Positions 36,641 through 45,592 are shown, counted from the stretch's first letter. The stretch: 46,599 nucleotides of DNA from an uncultured Clostridia bacterium (GCA_934446135.1 CAKSDT010000002.1:1-46599); one strand, 5' to 3'. The notes: generated from the sequence alone by a model not told the origin. Translations and numbers: made by a program.

Positions 36641-37702
36641 ATGACAAAATTTAAGGCTTTTCTTAAAAAGAAAAATGTGGAAATCTCGGCAAAAAGGTAT
36701 GGAATTGATGCACTCGGTGCTATGGCTCAGGGACTCTTTGCTTCACTTCTTATCGGCACAATTTTAAACACCATAGGTACTCAGACCGGATTGGAAGTAT
36801 TTACCGAGATAGGAAGTTACGCATCGGCGGTTACAGGGCCTGCAATGGCAATTGCAATTGCTTTTGCTTTGGGATGTCCTCCTCTTGTTATGTTTTCTCT
36901 TGCGGCGGTAGGCTATGCTGCAAATAAACTCGGCGGTGCCGGAGGACCTCTTGCAGTTTTGTTTATATCAATTATTGCCGGAGAACTCGGAAAATTAGTG
37001 AGTAAAGAAACCAAAGTTGATATATTGGTTACACCTCTTGTTACTATTATATCAGGCTCGCTTCTTTCAATCTGGTTTGCAAAATACATAGGTCTTGCAG
37101 CGTCGAGTTTCGGCAATGCAGTTATGTGGGCAACAGACCTCCAGCCGTTTTTAATGGGAATTATCGTATCGGTTGTTATAGGCATTGCACTTACACTTCC
37201 TATATCCTCCGCTGCAATTTGTGCCGCTCTCGGTCTTACCGGACTTGCCGGCGGGGCTGCACTTGCCGGTTGTTGTGCCCAGATGGTTGGTTTTGCGATT
37301 ATGAGTTATAAAGAAAATAAAGTCGGCGGCCTGGTGGCACAGGGAATAGGAACAAGTATGCTTCAGATGGGAAATATAGTAAAAAAACCCGTGATATGGC
37401 TGCCTCCTATAATTACATCTGCAATAACAGGTCCGATTGCAACATGTATTTTTAAACTTGAAATGAACGGACCTGCAGTTTCATCAGGAATGGGAACTTG
37501 CGGACTTGTAGGACCGATCGGTGTTTATTCGGGCTGGATATCAGATATTGCAAACGGTGCAAAGGCTGCAATAACGGCTTTCGATTGGACGGGACTTTTG
37601 CTTATTTCAATAGTTTTGCCGGCGGTAATTACATATGCAATCTCAGTATTTTTCAGAAAAAAAGAAATTATAAAAGAAAATGATTTAAAATTAGACATAT
37701 AA
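36641..37702 (+). CDS. PTS EIIC_2-like polytopic membrane permease (no EIIA/EIIB partner in the window)
   Basis: About 353 aa, Gly/Ala-rich with about 10 TM segments. The N-terminus KRYGIDALGAMAQGLFASLLIGTIL resembles the PF13303 family as I remember it. Confidence 0.55.
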   Translation: MTKFKAFLKKKNVEISAKRYGIDALGAMAQGLFASLLIGTILNTIGTQTGLEVFTEIGSYASAVTGPAMAIAIAFALGCPPLVMFSLAAVGYAANKLGGAGGPLAVLFISIIAGELGKLVSKETKVDILVTPLVTIISGSLLSIWFAKYIGLAASSFGNAVMWATDLQPFLMGIIVSVVIGIALTLPISSAAICAALGLTGLAGGAALAGCCAQMVGFAIMSYKENKVGGLVAQGIGTSMLQMGNIVKKPVIWLPPIITSAITGPIATCIFKLEMNGPAVSSGMGTCGLVGPIGVYSGWISDIANGAKAAITAFDWTGLLLISIVLPAVITYAISVFFRKKEIIKENDLKLDI

Positions 37703-37705
37703 AAC

Positions 37706-37736
37706 ATAAGTGCCGATAAACTTTATCGGCACTTAT
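37706..37736. terminator. terminator hairpin between convergent genes
   Basis: ATAAGTGCCGATAAA (37706-37720) pairs with TTTATCGGCACTTAT (37722-37736), followed by a T-rich run on the + strand. Confidence 0.65.
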
Positions 37737-37934
37737 TTATTTTTCTTTATAATACAGCATACAATGACAATATCCTTCAAAGTCAGGGTCTTTTATCTGT
37801 TCGCGGAATTCCTTGCACATACATTTTGTGTTTTCGTTTTTCTCAATAACACAGGGACAGTACCCGCCTCTTTTTTTAAGCCCCTCTTTAACTCTTTTAA
37901 CAACTTCTTCATTTTCATTGTATCTTATTCTCAA
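37737..37934 (-). CDS. ferredoxin:thioredoxin reductase catalytic-subunit-like mini protein (65 aa)
   Basis: CPC-x9-CMC-x15-CHC Cys pattern ending in CHCMLY, as in FTR catalytic chains. TTG start downstream of AAAGGTG. Lies 28 nt downstream of trxA. Confidence 0.6.
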   Translation of the reverse strand: MRIRYNENEEVVKRVKEGLKKRGGYCPCVIEKNENTKCMCKEFREQIKDPDFEGYCHCMLYYKEK

Positions 37935-37962
37935 AAATAATCACACCTTTCTTTCGCAGCGG

Positions 37963-38277
37963 TTATTCTTCAATAAATGAAACAAGTTCTTCTTTTGTCA
38001 TATATCCGACAGATGTTTTTGAAACTTCGCCGTCTTTCACGAGAACAAGAGTAGGAATACTTGAGATTCCGAATTTTGCCGCAAGTGAAACTTCGTCGTC
38101 AACATTAACTTTTCCAACTTTAATTTTTCCGTCAAAATCGTTTGCAACTTCCTCAATAATCGGTGAAAGCATCATACAGGGCCCGCACCAAGTTGCCCAA
38201 AAGTCCAAAAGCACCGGTATATCCGATGATGAAATTTCCCTGTCATAGTTTTCTTCTGTTATTTTTATTTCTGCCAT
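37963..38277 (-). CDS. trxA: thioredoxin
   Basis: 104 aa with the WCGPC active site. Confidence 0.95.
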   Translation of the reverse strand: MAEIKITEENYDREISSSDIPVLLDFWATWCGPCMMLSPIIEEVANDFDGKIKVGKVNVDDEVSLAAKFGISSIPTLVLVKDGEVSKTSVGYMTKEELVSFIEE

Positions 38278-38300
38278 TATTAATCCCTCCGTTAAAATAC

Positions 38301-38329
38301 TTGCTTTAATAACTATATTGTACTATAAT
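38301..38329 (+). promoter_or_regulatory. candidate promoter (TTGCTT, 17 nt spacer, TATAAT) for the Crp/Fnr gene
   Basis: TTGCTT at 38301-38306 and TATAAT at 38324-38329. Confidence 0.45.
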
Positions 38330-38374
38330 AAAATAAATATGTATGTTGTAAATCCAACAAAAAAGGAGAATGAT

Positions 38375-39049
38375 ATGCAAAACTATATAAATAAACTGTC
38401 AAAACTTGCAATGTTTGACGGAATCGGCGAAAAATGTATAGAAAGTCTTTTGGCTTGCTGCAATGTAAAAAGTGCGGTATTTGATAAAGGCGAAGTAATA
38501 ATAACTTCAGGAAAAATTTATGATGAATTTGGAATTTTAATGCAAGGTAAGGCAAAAATTATAGAGGAAGATTTTTGGGGCAATGAGAATTTAATATCAA
38601 TTGCGAAAGAAAATGATACATTTGCCGAGGCATTTTCTTTTATTCCGAATACACAATGTCAGGTTACGGTTATTGCTATTGAAAAATGCGAAGTTTTGTT
38701 TATAAATGCAAAGAGAATACTGGAAACCTGTAAAAACGAATGCGGAATACACGAGAAAGTTATAAAAAATATTATGTTTGATTTTGCAAGAAAGACTATT
38801 TACCTCAATAGAAAAATTAATCATTTAAGCAAAAGAACCACCAAACAGAAAATTATGTGTTTTTTATCAGATATGGCACTTGAAAGCGGTAATACGGAGT
38901 TTTGCATACCGTTTAACCGACAGCAGATGGCAGACTATCTTTCTGTTGACAGAAGTGCAATGTCAAGTGAACTTTCAGACCTTAAAAAGCAGGGAAAACT
39001 TGATTATAGGAAAAATCGGTTTGTTTTGTTGGGCGGAACGGACTTATAA
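38375..39049 (+). CDS. Crp/Fnr-family transcriptional regulator
   Basis: A cNMP-binding-like beta-barrel followed by a C-terminal HTH (RQQMADYLSVDRSAMSSELSDLKKQG). Start taken at the ATG after AAGGAG. Confidence 0.85.
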   Translation: MQNYINKLSKLAMFDGIGEKCIESLLACCNVKSAVFDKGEVIITSGKIYDEFGILMQGKAKIIEEDFWGNENLISIAKENDTFAEAFSFIPNTQCQVTVIAIEKCEVLFINAKRILETCKNECGIHEKVIKNIMFDFARKTIYLNRKINHLSKRTTKQKIMCFLSDMALESGNTEFCIPFNRQQMADYLSVDRSAMSSELSDLKKQGKLDYRKNRFVLLGGTDL

Positions 39050-39079
39050 GATTGTGACAAATAATGCCGTAAAACTCTA

Positions 39080-39108
39080 TTGATTAATAAGCAAAATTTT
39101 GATATAAT
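39080..39108 (+). promoter_or_regulatory. candidate promoter (TTGATT, 17 nt spacer, TGaTATAAT)
   Basis: TTGATT at 39080-39085 and TATAAT at 39103-39108 with an upstream TG, 75 nt before the citrate synthase ATG. Confidence 0.5.
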
Positions 39109-39183
39109 ATATTTGTACCCCCCATTTTAAAGCAATTGAGGTTAATATAGGCAAAGTATTTGTAGCAGATTGGAGGAATAAAA

Positions 39184-40545
39184 ATGAAAAAATCGTATTC
39201 GGAAATTACACCGTATGTTAAAAAACTTGCTTTGGTTTCTGATGAAAGAAATGGCATTACACCTGAAATGTACCCCGTTCACAATGTAAAAAGGGGACTT
39301 CGCGATGTAGACGGAAACGGAGTTGTGACAGGTCTTACTGAGATTTCGGAAATTAAGGCAAAAGAAAAACTGCCAAACGGCGAAACAGTACCTTGCAGAG
39401 GAGAACTGTATTTCAGAGGAGTGAATGTCAGACAACTTGTAGACGGTTTCAGAAATGATGACAGATTTGGCTTTGAAGAAACTGTTTACCTGCTGTTATT
39501 TTCAAAACTGCCCGATAAAAATGAGTTAAAAGAATTCACTCAGTATCTTTCTGAAGTTCGGACTCTTCCTACATCATTTGTGAGAGATATGATATTTAAA
39601 GCCCCCGGAAGCAATATTATGAATATTCTTGCAAGATGTGTTCTTGTTTTGTATGCTTATGATGATAATCCCGACGATATAAGCATTGAAAATGTTCTAA
39701 GGCAGTGTCTATTTTTAATATCGGTTTTTCCGCTGCTTTCTGTTTATGCTTATAAATCTTATGAGCATTATTATCACGGAAACGATCTTAATATATATAT
39801 GCCGAAGGCTGATCTTTCAACCGCTGAGAACATACTGCTTTTGTTAAGAGGAGAGGGCAACTATTCACATATAGAGGCAAAAATTCTTGATCTTGCTCTT
39901 GCTTTGCATGCAGAACACGGAGGAGGCAACAATTCAACTTTTACAACTCATGTCGTTACATCTTCGGGTACAGATACATATTCTGCGATTGCGGCGGCTT
40001 TGGGTTCATTAAAAGGTCCCCGTCACGGCGGTGCAAATTTAAAAGTGGTTGAAATGTTTGATGATATGAAAAAAAGCATAGATACCGATAATGAAGATGA
40101 GATAAAGGACTATCTTGAAAGACTTCTTGATAAAAAAGCGTTTGACAATGCAGGTCTTATTTACGGTATGGGTCACGCAGTGTATTCAAAATCAGACCCA
40201 AGAGCCGACATTTTAAAAGAATGTGCAAGAGAACTTTCTGTTGAAGAACATTGCGAAAAGGAATTCAAACTTTATGAAACGGTTTCACGCCTTGCTCCTG
40301 AAATAATTTCCGAAAAAAGGAAAATGTATAAAGGCGTAAGTGCAAATGTAGACTTTTATTCCGGACTTATTTATAAAATGCTGGACCTTCCGCATGAACT
40401 TTATACCGCTATTTTTGCTATGGCAAGAATTTCGGGATGGTGTGCCCACAGAATAGAAGAAATTCAGAATAAGGGGAAAATTATAAGACCGTCATACATA
40501 AATGTCAAGGAAAGACAAGAATATAAAAATTTGAATGAGAGATAA
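39184..40545 (+). CDS. citrate synthase (Si-type citrate/2-methylcitrate synthase family)
   Basis: 453 aa with HAEHGGGNNSTF, GPRHGGAN, GMGHAVY and VDFYSG motifs. Confidence 0.85.
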   Translation: MKKSYSEITPYVKKLALVSDERNGITPEMYPVHNVKRGLRDVDGNGVVTGLTEISEIKAKEKLPNGETVPCRGELYFRGVNVRQLVDGFRNDDRFGFEETVYLLLFSKLPDKNELKEFTQYLSEVRTLPTSFVRDMIFKAPGSNIMNILARCVLVLYAYDDNPDDISIENVLRQCLFLISVFPLLSVYAYKSYEHYYHGNDLNIYMPKADLSTAENILLLLRGEGNYSHIEAKILDLALALHAEHGGGNNSTFTTHVVTSSGTDTYSAIAAALGSLKGPRHGGANLKVVEMFDDMKKSIDTDNEDEIKDYLERLLDKKAFDNAGLIYGMGHAVYSKSDPRADILKECARELSVEEHCEKEFKLYETVSRLAPEIISEKRKMYKGVSANVDFYSGLIYKMLDLPHELYTAIFAMARISGWCAHRIEEIQNKGKIIRPSYINVKERQEYKNLNER

Positions 40546-40556
40546 AAAACATCTTA

Positions 40557-40587
40557 AAAAGCAGTGTGATAAACTCACACTGCTTTT
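40557..40587 (+). terminator. rho-independent terminator after citrate synthase (3' arm inside the last nagA codons)
   Basis: AAAAGCAGTGTGA (40557-40569) pairs with TCACACTGCTTTT (40575-40587). Confidence 0.65.
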
Positions 40588-41636
40588 CCGTTTTTAATAA
40601 CTCTTGTTAAGTTTAAATTGTCATCAAGAACTATAAGATCGGCATCAAAACCCACTTTAATTATCCCTTTGTTCAGATTTAGCAAAGCGGCGGGAGTTTT
40701 AGTCGCCATATAAAAAGCGTCGCTTTCCGGAATTGAAAAACTGACGGCCTTTTTAACGCAGTCTAAAAGTGTTGAGGTGCTTCCGGCTATTGCACCGTAT
40801 GAAGTCCTCGCAATGCCGTTTGTTACTGTTATTTCCTGCCCGCCGAATGTATATTTTCCGTCAGTTAATCCGGCAGCACGCATAGAATCGCTTATTAAAA
40901 TCATTCTCTCTTTTCCGAAAAGTTTATAAAGCATTTTTATTACCGTGGGGTGGATATGCACGCCGTCACAAATAACCTGAATAAAAATATTTTTACTAAA
41001 GGCAGCACCGATAGGTCCCGGTTCACGGTGGTTAAGCGGAGGCATAGCATTAAAAGTGTGAGTAAGGCACTTTGCGCCGCTTTCAATTGCAGAAACTGCC
41101 CGTTCGTAATTGCAGTCTGTATGGCCTATTGAAATTATTGCATCTGAGTTTCTGATAAATTCTTTACTTCCGGGAAGTTCAGGAGCAAGCGTTATCATTT
41201 TTATGTTGTTAAACTCTGAAAAATCATTTTGGTCGGGATTTTTAATATATTTTGAATTTTGAGAGCCCTTAAATTTTTCCGAGATATAAGGGCCTTCCAA
41301 GTGAAATCCCAAAACTTCGGATCCGTTTTGGGGAATTTCAGCCGAAATCGCTTTTTTGATGTCTTTTAGGTCCATTGTCATAGTTGTAGGAAGATATGAA
41401 GTTACTCCGTATTTTATCAAATGCTTTGACATTTCAGACAGTTTATCTCCGTCCATCGTGTCATACCCAAAAAGTCCGTGGGTATGAATATCAATAAGCC
41501 CCGGGTAAACTTTTTTGCCTTTCAGGTCTGTTCCGTCAAGATTTGAAACACCTATTTTTGAAATTTTCCCGTCTGAAATTTCTATATCTGTAAGATTTTC
41601 TGAAACTCTGCAGTTTTTTAAAACCAAATCAGCCAT
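40575..41636 (-). CDS. nagA: N-acetylglucosamine-6-phosphate deacetylase
   Basis: GLIDIHTHG, the HLEGPY motif and the amidohydrolase fold. Its ATG overlaps the nagB stop (ATGGCTGA). Confidence 0.85.
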   Translation of the reverse strand: MADLVLKNCRVSENLTDIEISDGKISKIGVSNLDGTDLKGKKVYPGLIDIHTHGLFGYDTMDGDKLSEMSKHLIKYGVTSYLPTTMTMDLKDIKKAISAEIPQNGSEVLGFHLEGPYISEKFKGSQNSKYIKNPDQNDFSEFNNIKMITLAPELPGSKEFIRNSDAIISIGHTDCNYERAVSAIESGAKCLTHTFNAMPPLNHREPGPIGAAFSKNIFIQVICDGVHIHPTVIKMLYKLFGKERMILISDSMRAAGLTDGKYTFGGQEITVTNGIARTSYGAIAGSTSTLLDCVKKAVSFSIPESDAFYMATKTPAALLNLNKGIIKVGFDADLIVLDDNLNLTRVIKNGKAV

Positions 41637-42345
41637 CAAAAGCCTCCTCATCTATTATAAGAACAACATCAGGATGTACTTTAAGCATAGTTGCCGGTAC
41701 ATTCGTATTAATATCCTTTGTAAGAAGTTCCTTTACAACATTATGTTTGTTTTTTCCGCTCGCGAGGAGCATAATCCTTTTGGATTTTAGTATCGTTGAA
41801 ATCCCCATAGTAATTGCTTTTTTAGGTACTTCGTCAATATTTTTAAAAAATCTTGAATTTGCCTTTATAGTGCTTTGGGTAAGATTTGTAAGATGTGTAT
41901 CTGTATTTAAGCATGTGTCCGGCTCATTAAATCCTATGTGACCGTTTTGACCTATCCCCAGAATCTGGAGATCAATTCCGCCGTACTTTTCTATAGTTTC
42001 TTCATAACGTCTGCACTCATCTTCGGGATTTTTCGCACTTCCGTCCGGAATAAAAGTTTTTTTGATATTTACATACTTGAATAGATTTTCTTTCATAAAA
42101 TAATGATAACTTTGCGGATTTTCAGGTGAAATAGTATAGTATTCATCTAAATTGAATCCCACAGACTGAGAAAAATCAATCTCACCGATATTATACATAT
42201 TAATGAGTTCTTTGTAAAGTCCTATTGGTGTCGATCCTGTTGCAAAACCAAGCACTGAATTTGGTTTTAACATAAGTTGGCTTGCAACTATCTTCGCACT
42301 ATTCACGGAAAGTTCATTATAGTTTTTGCATAAAATCACACGCAT
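41629..42345 (-). CDS. nagB: glucosamine-6-phosphate deaminase
   Basis: LGFATGSTP, ILGIGQNGHIGFNEP motifs. 238 aa. Confidence 0.9.
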   Translation of the reverse strand: MRVILCKNYNELSVNSAKIVASQLMLKPNSVLGFATGSTPIGLYKELINMYNIGEIDFSQSVGFNLDEYYTISPENPQSYHYFMKENLFKYVNIKKTFIPDGSAKNPEDECRRYEETIEKYGGIDLQILGIGQNGHIGFNEPDTCLNTDTHLTNLTQSTIKANSRFFKNIDEVPKKAITMGISTILKSKRIMLLASGKNKHNVVKELLTKDINTNVPATMLKVHPDVVLIIDEEAFDG

Positions 42346-42348
42346 AAA

Positions 42349-43443
42349 TTACACCTCATTTTGTCTTACGCATTCTTTAACAACACTGCTTATCTCTTCG
42401 AATTTATTTTCTATGTCTTTATAAAGTTTAAATTGTGTTCTTGTTCGGTCAAGATTGTGGTTTTCACGGGTCACCTTAAAATATGTGTCACCGTTTAAGT
42501 AATCTGTCAGAAATCTTATTCCGCACTCATATGTAAGAAGTTTTACAGATAACGGCAAAAGTTCAATTTCTCTCTTAGTTATAACAGGAAAAACCTCTTC
42601 AAGGTAGCCTTTTGTGAACATTCTGAAAGATGTCATATCAAACCACATAAGAGATAAATTTTGTTCATCTTCAGCAGTTGTTGCAGCACCGGTTCTTAAG
42701 GCATCGCCGTAATCAAAAAGAAGAGAACCCGGCATTACCGTATCAAGGTCAATAACGCAAACACCTTCGCCGGTGTCTTTATCAAAAAGAACATTATTAA
42801 TTTTGGTGTCATTGTGAGTAACTCTGAGCGGAACACTGCCGTCGGCAATGGAATTCATAATATCTTGCGTAATATGATTCTGGTTTAATGAAAAATTCAC
42901 TTCGTCTTCAACAAATTTCAATCTTCCTGCACGGTCTTCTTTTATTGCTTTTTCAAGAGCCGAAAATCTTTTTGGGGTGTTATGGAAGTCGGGGATAGTT
43001 TCATAAAGTTTTTCTATAGGAAAGTCGTTAAGCATATTTTGAAATTTTCCAAAAGATTTGGCAGCATACTACAGAGTTTTAGGATTATTGGCAACGCTGT
43101 AATATACTGTATCCGAAATAAACTTATATACTCTGAAATAGTTTTCATTATAGTTATAACACAGTTCGCCCGAAACGGTCGGAATAACAGTGAGTGTTTC
43201 ACGGTCGGGATTTCCGTTTGCGTCAATAATTTTTTTGCGGAGATGATTTGTGACATTTTGAATATTATTCATAAGTTTGTAAGGGTCAGCAAAAACAGAG
43301 GTATTTATTCTCTGCAAGATATATTGCTTTGATTTTGCAAGAAATGTCTGATTGATATGTCCGTCTCCATAGGGAGCAATTCCATTGTCGGGCGAAAATT
43401 GCTTCATTATAAAATTTAAATCAAATTCCATCATAAACCCCAT
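42349..43443 (-). pseudogene. N-acetylhexosamine 1-kinase-like anomeric sugar kinase (APH fold) interrupted by one in-frame TAG
   Basis: The two track ORFs (43069-43443 and 42349-43035) are in the same frame. My translation across the junction reads ...NNPKTL*YAAKSFGKFQNMLNDFP..., with the TAG at 43069-43071. The N-terminal part has GDGHINQTF. The C-terminal part has HNDTKINNVLFD and IDLDTVMPG. Confidence 0.7.
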
Positions 43444-44272
43444 TGTCTGTCATATTTTTGATTGCCGATTTAACGCTTTCGGCATCGTCTTTGTATGTTA
43501 TACCATACCATTTTTCGGGTGTCGGGATAACTGAAACTTTTTTATTTTCTTCATTAATTAAATTATTGACAACAAACGGAAGAAAAAACTCATCCTTTTC
43601 AGGGTCCGATATGTTTTTAAGAAATGAATAAAAGTCTTTTTCAAGTTCTTTAAATATTTCAGATGTAAATCCCCATAGATTCATAGAAACAATTGTATCA
43701 TCAGGAAATCCGGAGTTATTATCAAGATTTGTATACTCGGTTATACTTTTCAAATAGCCGTTTTCGACCTCACACACTCCGCGACTTACTGTTCTGTTTT
43801 CTGTAAGAGTGTCTGATAGTTTATAACCTATCATACATATGCTGTTATCTTGCACAAGATGATCATGGATAAGTTTAAATGATTCTCTTCCGTAGAAATC
43901 ATCAGCATTTATTACTGCAAAAGGTGTTTTAACGTTATCTTTTGCACATAGCACTGCGTGCCCTGTACCCCACGGTTTTTTTCTTACAGAAAGATTTGAA
44001 AATTCATTTGGAATTTTATCTGTTTCCTGGAATACATAGTCAACATCAATGATCTTTTCTATTCTTCTTCCAATACAGTTCCTAAAGTCCGATTCTATAT
44101 CTTTTTTAATTATAAATACAGCTTTGTTAAATCCCGCTTTCTTTGCGTCAAAAACTGAAAAATCAAGTATCACCTCGCCGTTTGGACCAATGGGAGCAAT
44201 TTGTTTTAGTCCTCCAAATCTGCTTCCCATTCCGGCAGCCATAATCAAAAGTGTGGTATCCATATAATTCAT
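43421..44272 (-). CDS. sugar-1-phosphate nucleotidyltransferase (NTP_transferase fold)
   Basis: LIMAAGMGSRFGGLKQ N-terminal pyrophosphorylase loop. 283 aa. Overlaps the kinase gene start. Confidence 0.7.
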   Translation of the reverse strand: MNYMDTTLLIMAAGMGSRFGGLKQIAPIGPNGEVILDFSVFDAKKAGFNKAVFIIKKDIESDFRNCIGRRIEKIIDVDYVFQETDKIPNEFSNLSVRKKPWGTGHAVLCAKDNVKTPFAVINADDFYGRESFKLIHDHLVQDNSICMIGYKLSDTLTENRTVSRGVCEVENGYLKSITEYTNLDNNSGFPDDTIVSMNLWGFTSEIFKELEKDFYSFLKNISDPEKDEFFLPFVVNNLINEENKKVSVIPTPEKWYGITYKDDAESVKSAIKNMTDNGVYDGI

Positions 44273-44280
44273 CCCTCCAG

Positions 44281-45546
44281 TTAAATTCTTTCTTCGAAAG
44301 AATCCATATCTATTATTTTTCCGTTGATACGGGATTCCTCTGCGGCAAACGAAATCAGATGATTAAGATATGAAGTTTCGATATCGCATATTGACTTACT
44401 GGAAACATCATCTGAAAAATATCTTATCAAATCTTTCATTATATTTGTGTCACCGCCGCCATGGCCGCTTGTTATGGTTTCACCTATTTTATCTAAATTG
44501 TATTCATGGCTTTTACCATCTTCAAATGTAAATATTTTAATGGTGTTTTCTCCCATAGCACCAATAAGTTCACCTTTTGTACCGAAAATTCTTATAAATC
44601 TTCCTCCGGCATTAAAGGCATTCATAGTAAATGATACGGTTGCTCCGCCTTCAAATTCCATATTAACAACTTGGTGGTCTACTACATCATTATCACAGTT
44701 GAATACACATCTTCCATAAGGTCCATCAGTAATCGCTTTTATAACTTCTTCGTCTGTGGGGTTTTCTTTATTTGCGGCAACGCCTCTAAACCATTCGTTA
44801 TTAGATTCCGCGTAAAGTTTTACAGCATTGTAAAAACAAGTGTCGGCTTTAGGACAACCGTTTATACAATAATCCGGAGCCCCTTGAGGTCTGTTTTTCG
44901 GAGTAAAGTATGAAAGTGAACCAAAGGACTGTATTTTTTTGCATTTTTTACCTATAAGCCACTGAAGTATGTCTGTATCGTGACATGATTTTGCCAAAAT
45001 CATGGGGGATGATTCTTTCGAGTTTCGCCAGTTTCCGCGAACAAAACTGTGACTTTGATGTGTGTGACCGACATTTTCCATATGTATTACAGACATAACT
45101 TCACCAATTTTATCAGAGTCAATAAAATCTTTTATTGTCTTAAAAAACGAAGTAAATCTTAAAACATGGCAAACAATTATTTTTACACCTTTTTCTTTTG
45201 CCTTTTGGGCTATTATTTTGCATTCTTTTGCGGTTGGTGCAATTGGTTTTTCTAAAAGAATATTATAACCTTGATTTATGCACTCTATTGCCGGCTCAAA
45301 GTGCATATTATCCTGTGTTGCAATGATTACGAAGTCTGCTGATTTTGGTTTGTTTAGAAGGTCTTTCCAGTCTTCGTAAATATTTTCATCAGAAAGATTG
45401 TGAAGTTTTTTTGCAACCGTTCTTTTTGCTGCAACCGGCTCAGCCACAGCAATTATTTCCAATTCTTCGGGGTGGTCTAAGGCATATTTTGAGTATACCT
45501 CTCCTCTCATACCGAAACCTAAAACAATTGCTTTCAATTTTTTCAT
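44281..45546 (-). CDS. Gfo/Idh/MocA-family NAD(P)-dependent oxidoreductase
   Basis: KAIVLGFGMRG Rossmann N-terminus and the EKP motif (LLEKPIA). Start taken at the ATG after AGGAGG. Confidence 0.8.
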   Translation of the reverse strand: MKKLKAIVLGFGMRGEVYSKYALDHPEELEIIAVAEPVAAKRTVAKKLHNLSDENIYEDWKDLLNKPKSADFVIIATQDNMHFEPAIECINQGYNILLEKPIAPTAKECKIIAQKAKEKGVKIIVCHVLRFTSFFKTIKDFIDSDKIGEVMSVIHMENVGHTHQSHSFVRGNWRNSKESSPMILAKSCHDTDILQWLIGKKCKKIQSFGSLSYFTPKNRPQGAPDYCINGCPKADTCFYNAVKLYAESNNEWFRGVAANKENPTDEEVIKAITDGPYGRCVFNCDNDVVDHQVVNMEFEGGATVSFTMNAFNAGGRFIRIFGTKGELIGAMGENTIKIFTFEDGKSHEYNLDKIGETITSGHGGGDTNIMKDLIRYFSDDVSSKSICDIETSYLNHLISFAAEESRINGKIIDMDSFEERI

Positions 45547-45563
45547 AATATATCCTCCTTTTA

Positions 45564-45592
45564 TTGACAAAAATTCTTATCTTTGGTATGAT
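45564..45592 (+). promoter_or_regulatory. candidate promoter (TTGACA, 17 nt spacer, TGgTATGAT) for the divergent AraC gene
   Basis: TTGACA at 45564-45569 and TATGAT at 45587-45592. Confidence 0.45.

Noticed and set aside
37710-37940. 76-aa + strand ORF
   Set aside because: It is antisense to the FTR-like gene. It would start inside the terminator hairpin, and I recognise no motif in it.
43069-43071. In-frame TAG as a pyrrolysine codon
   Set aside because: TAG terminates several well-defined genes in this window. No pyl genes or methylamine methyltransferases are present, and a sugar kinase has no known need for pyrrolysine. A nonsense mutation or a sequence error is far more likely.
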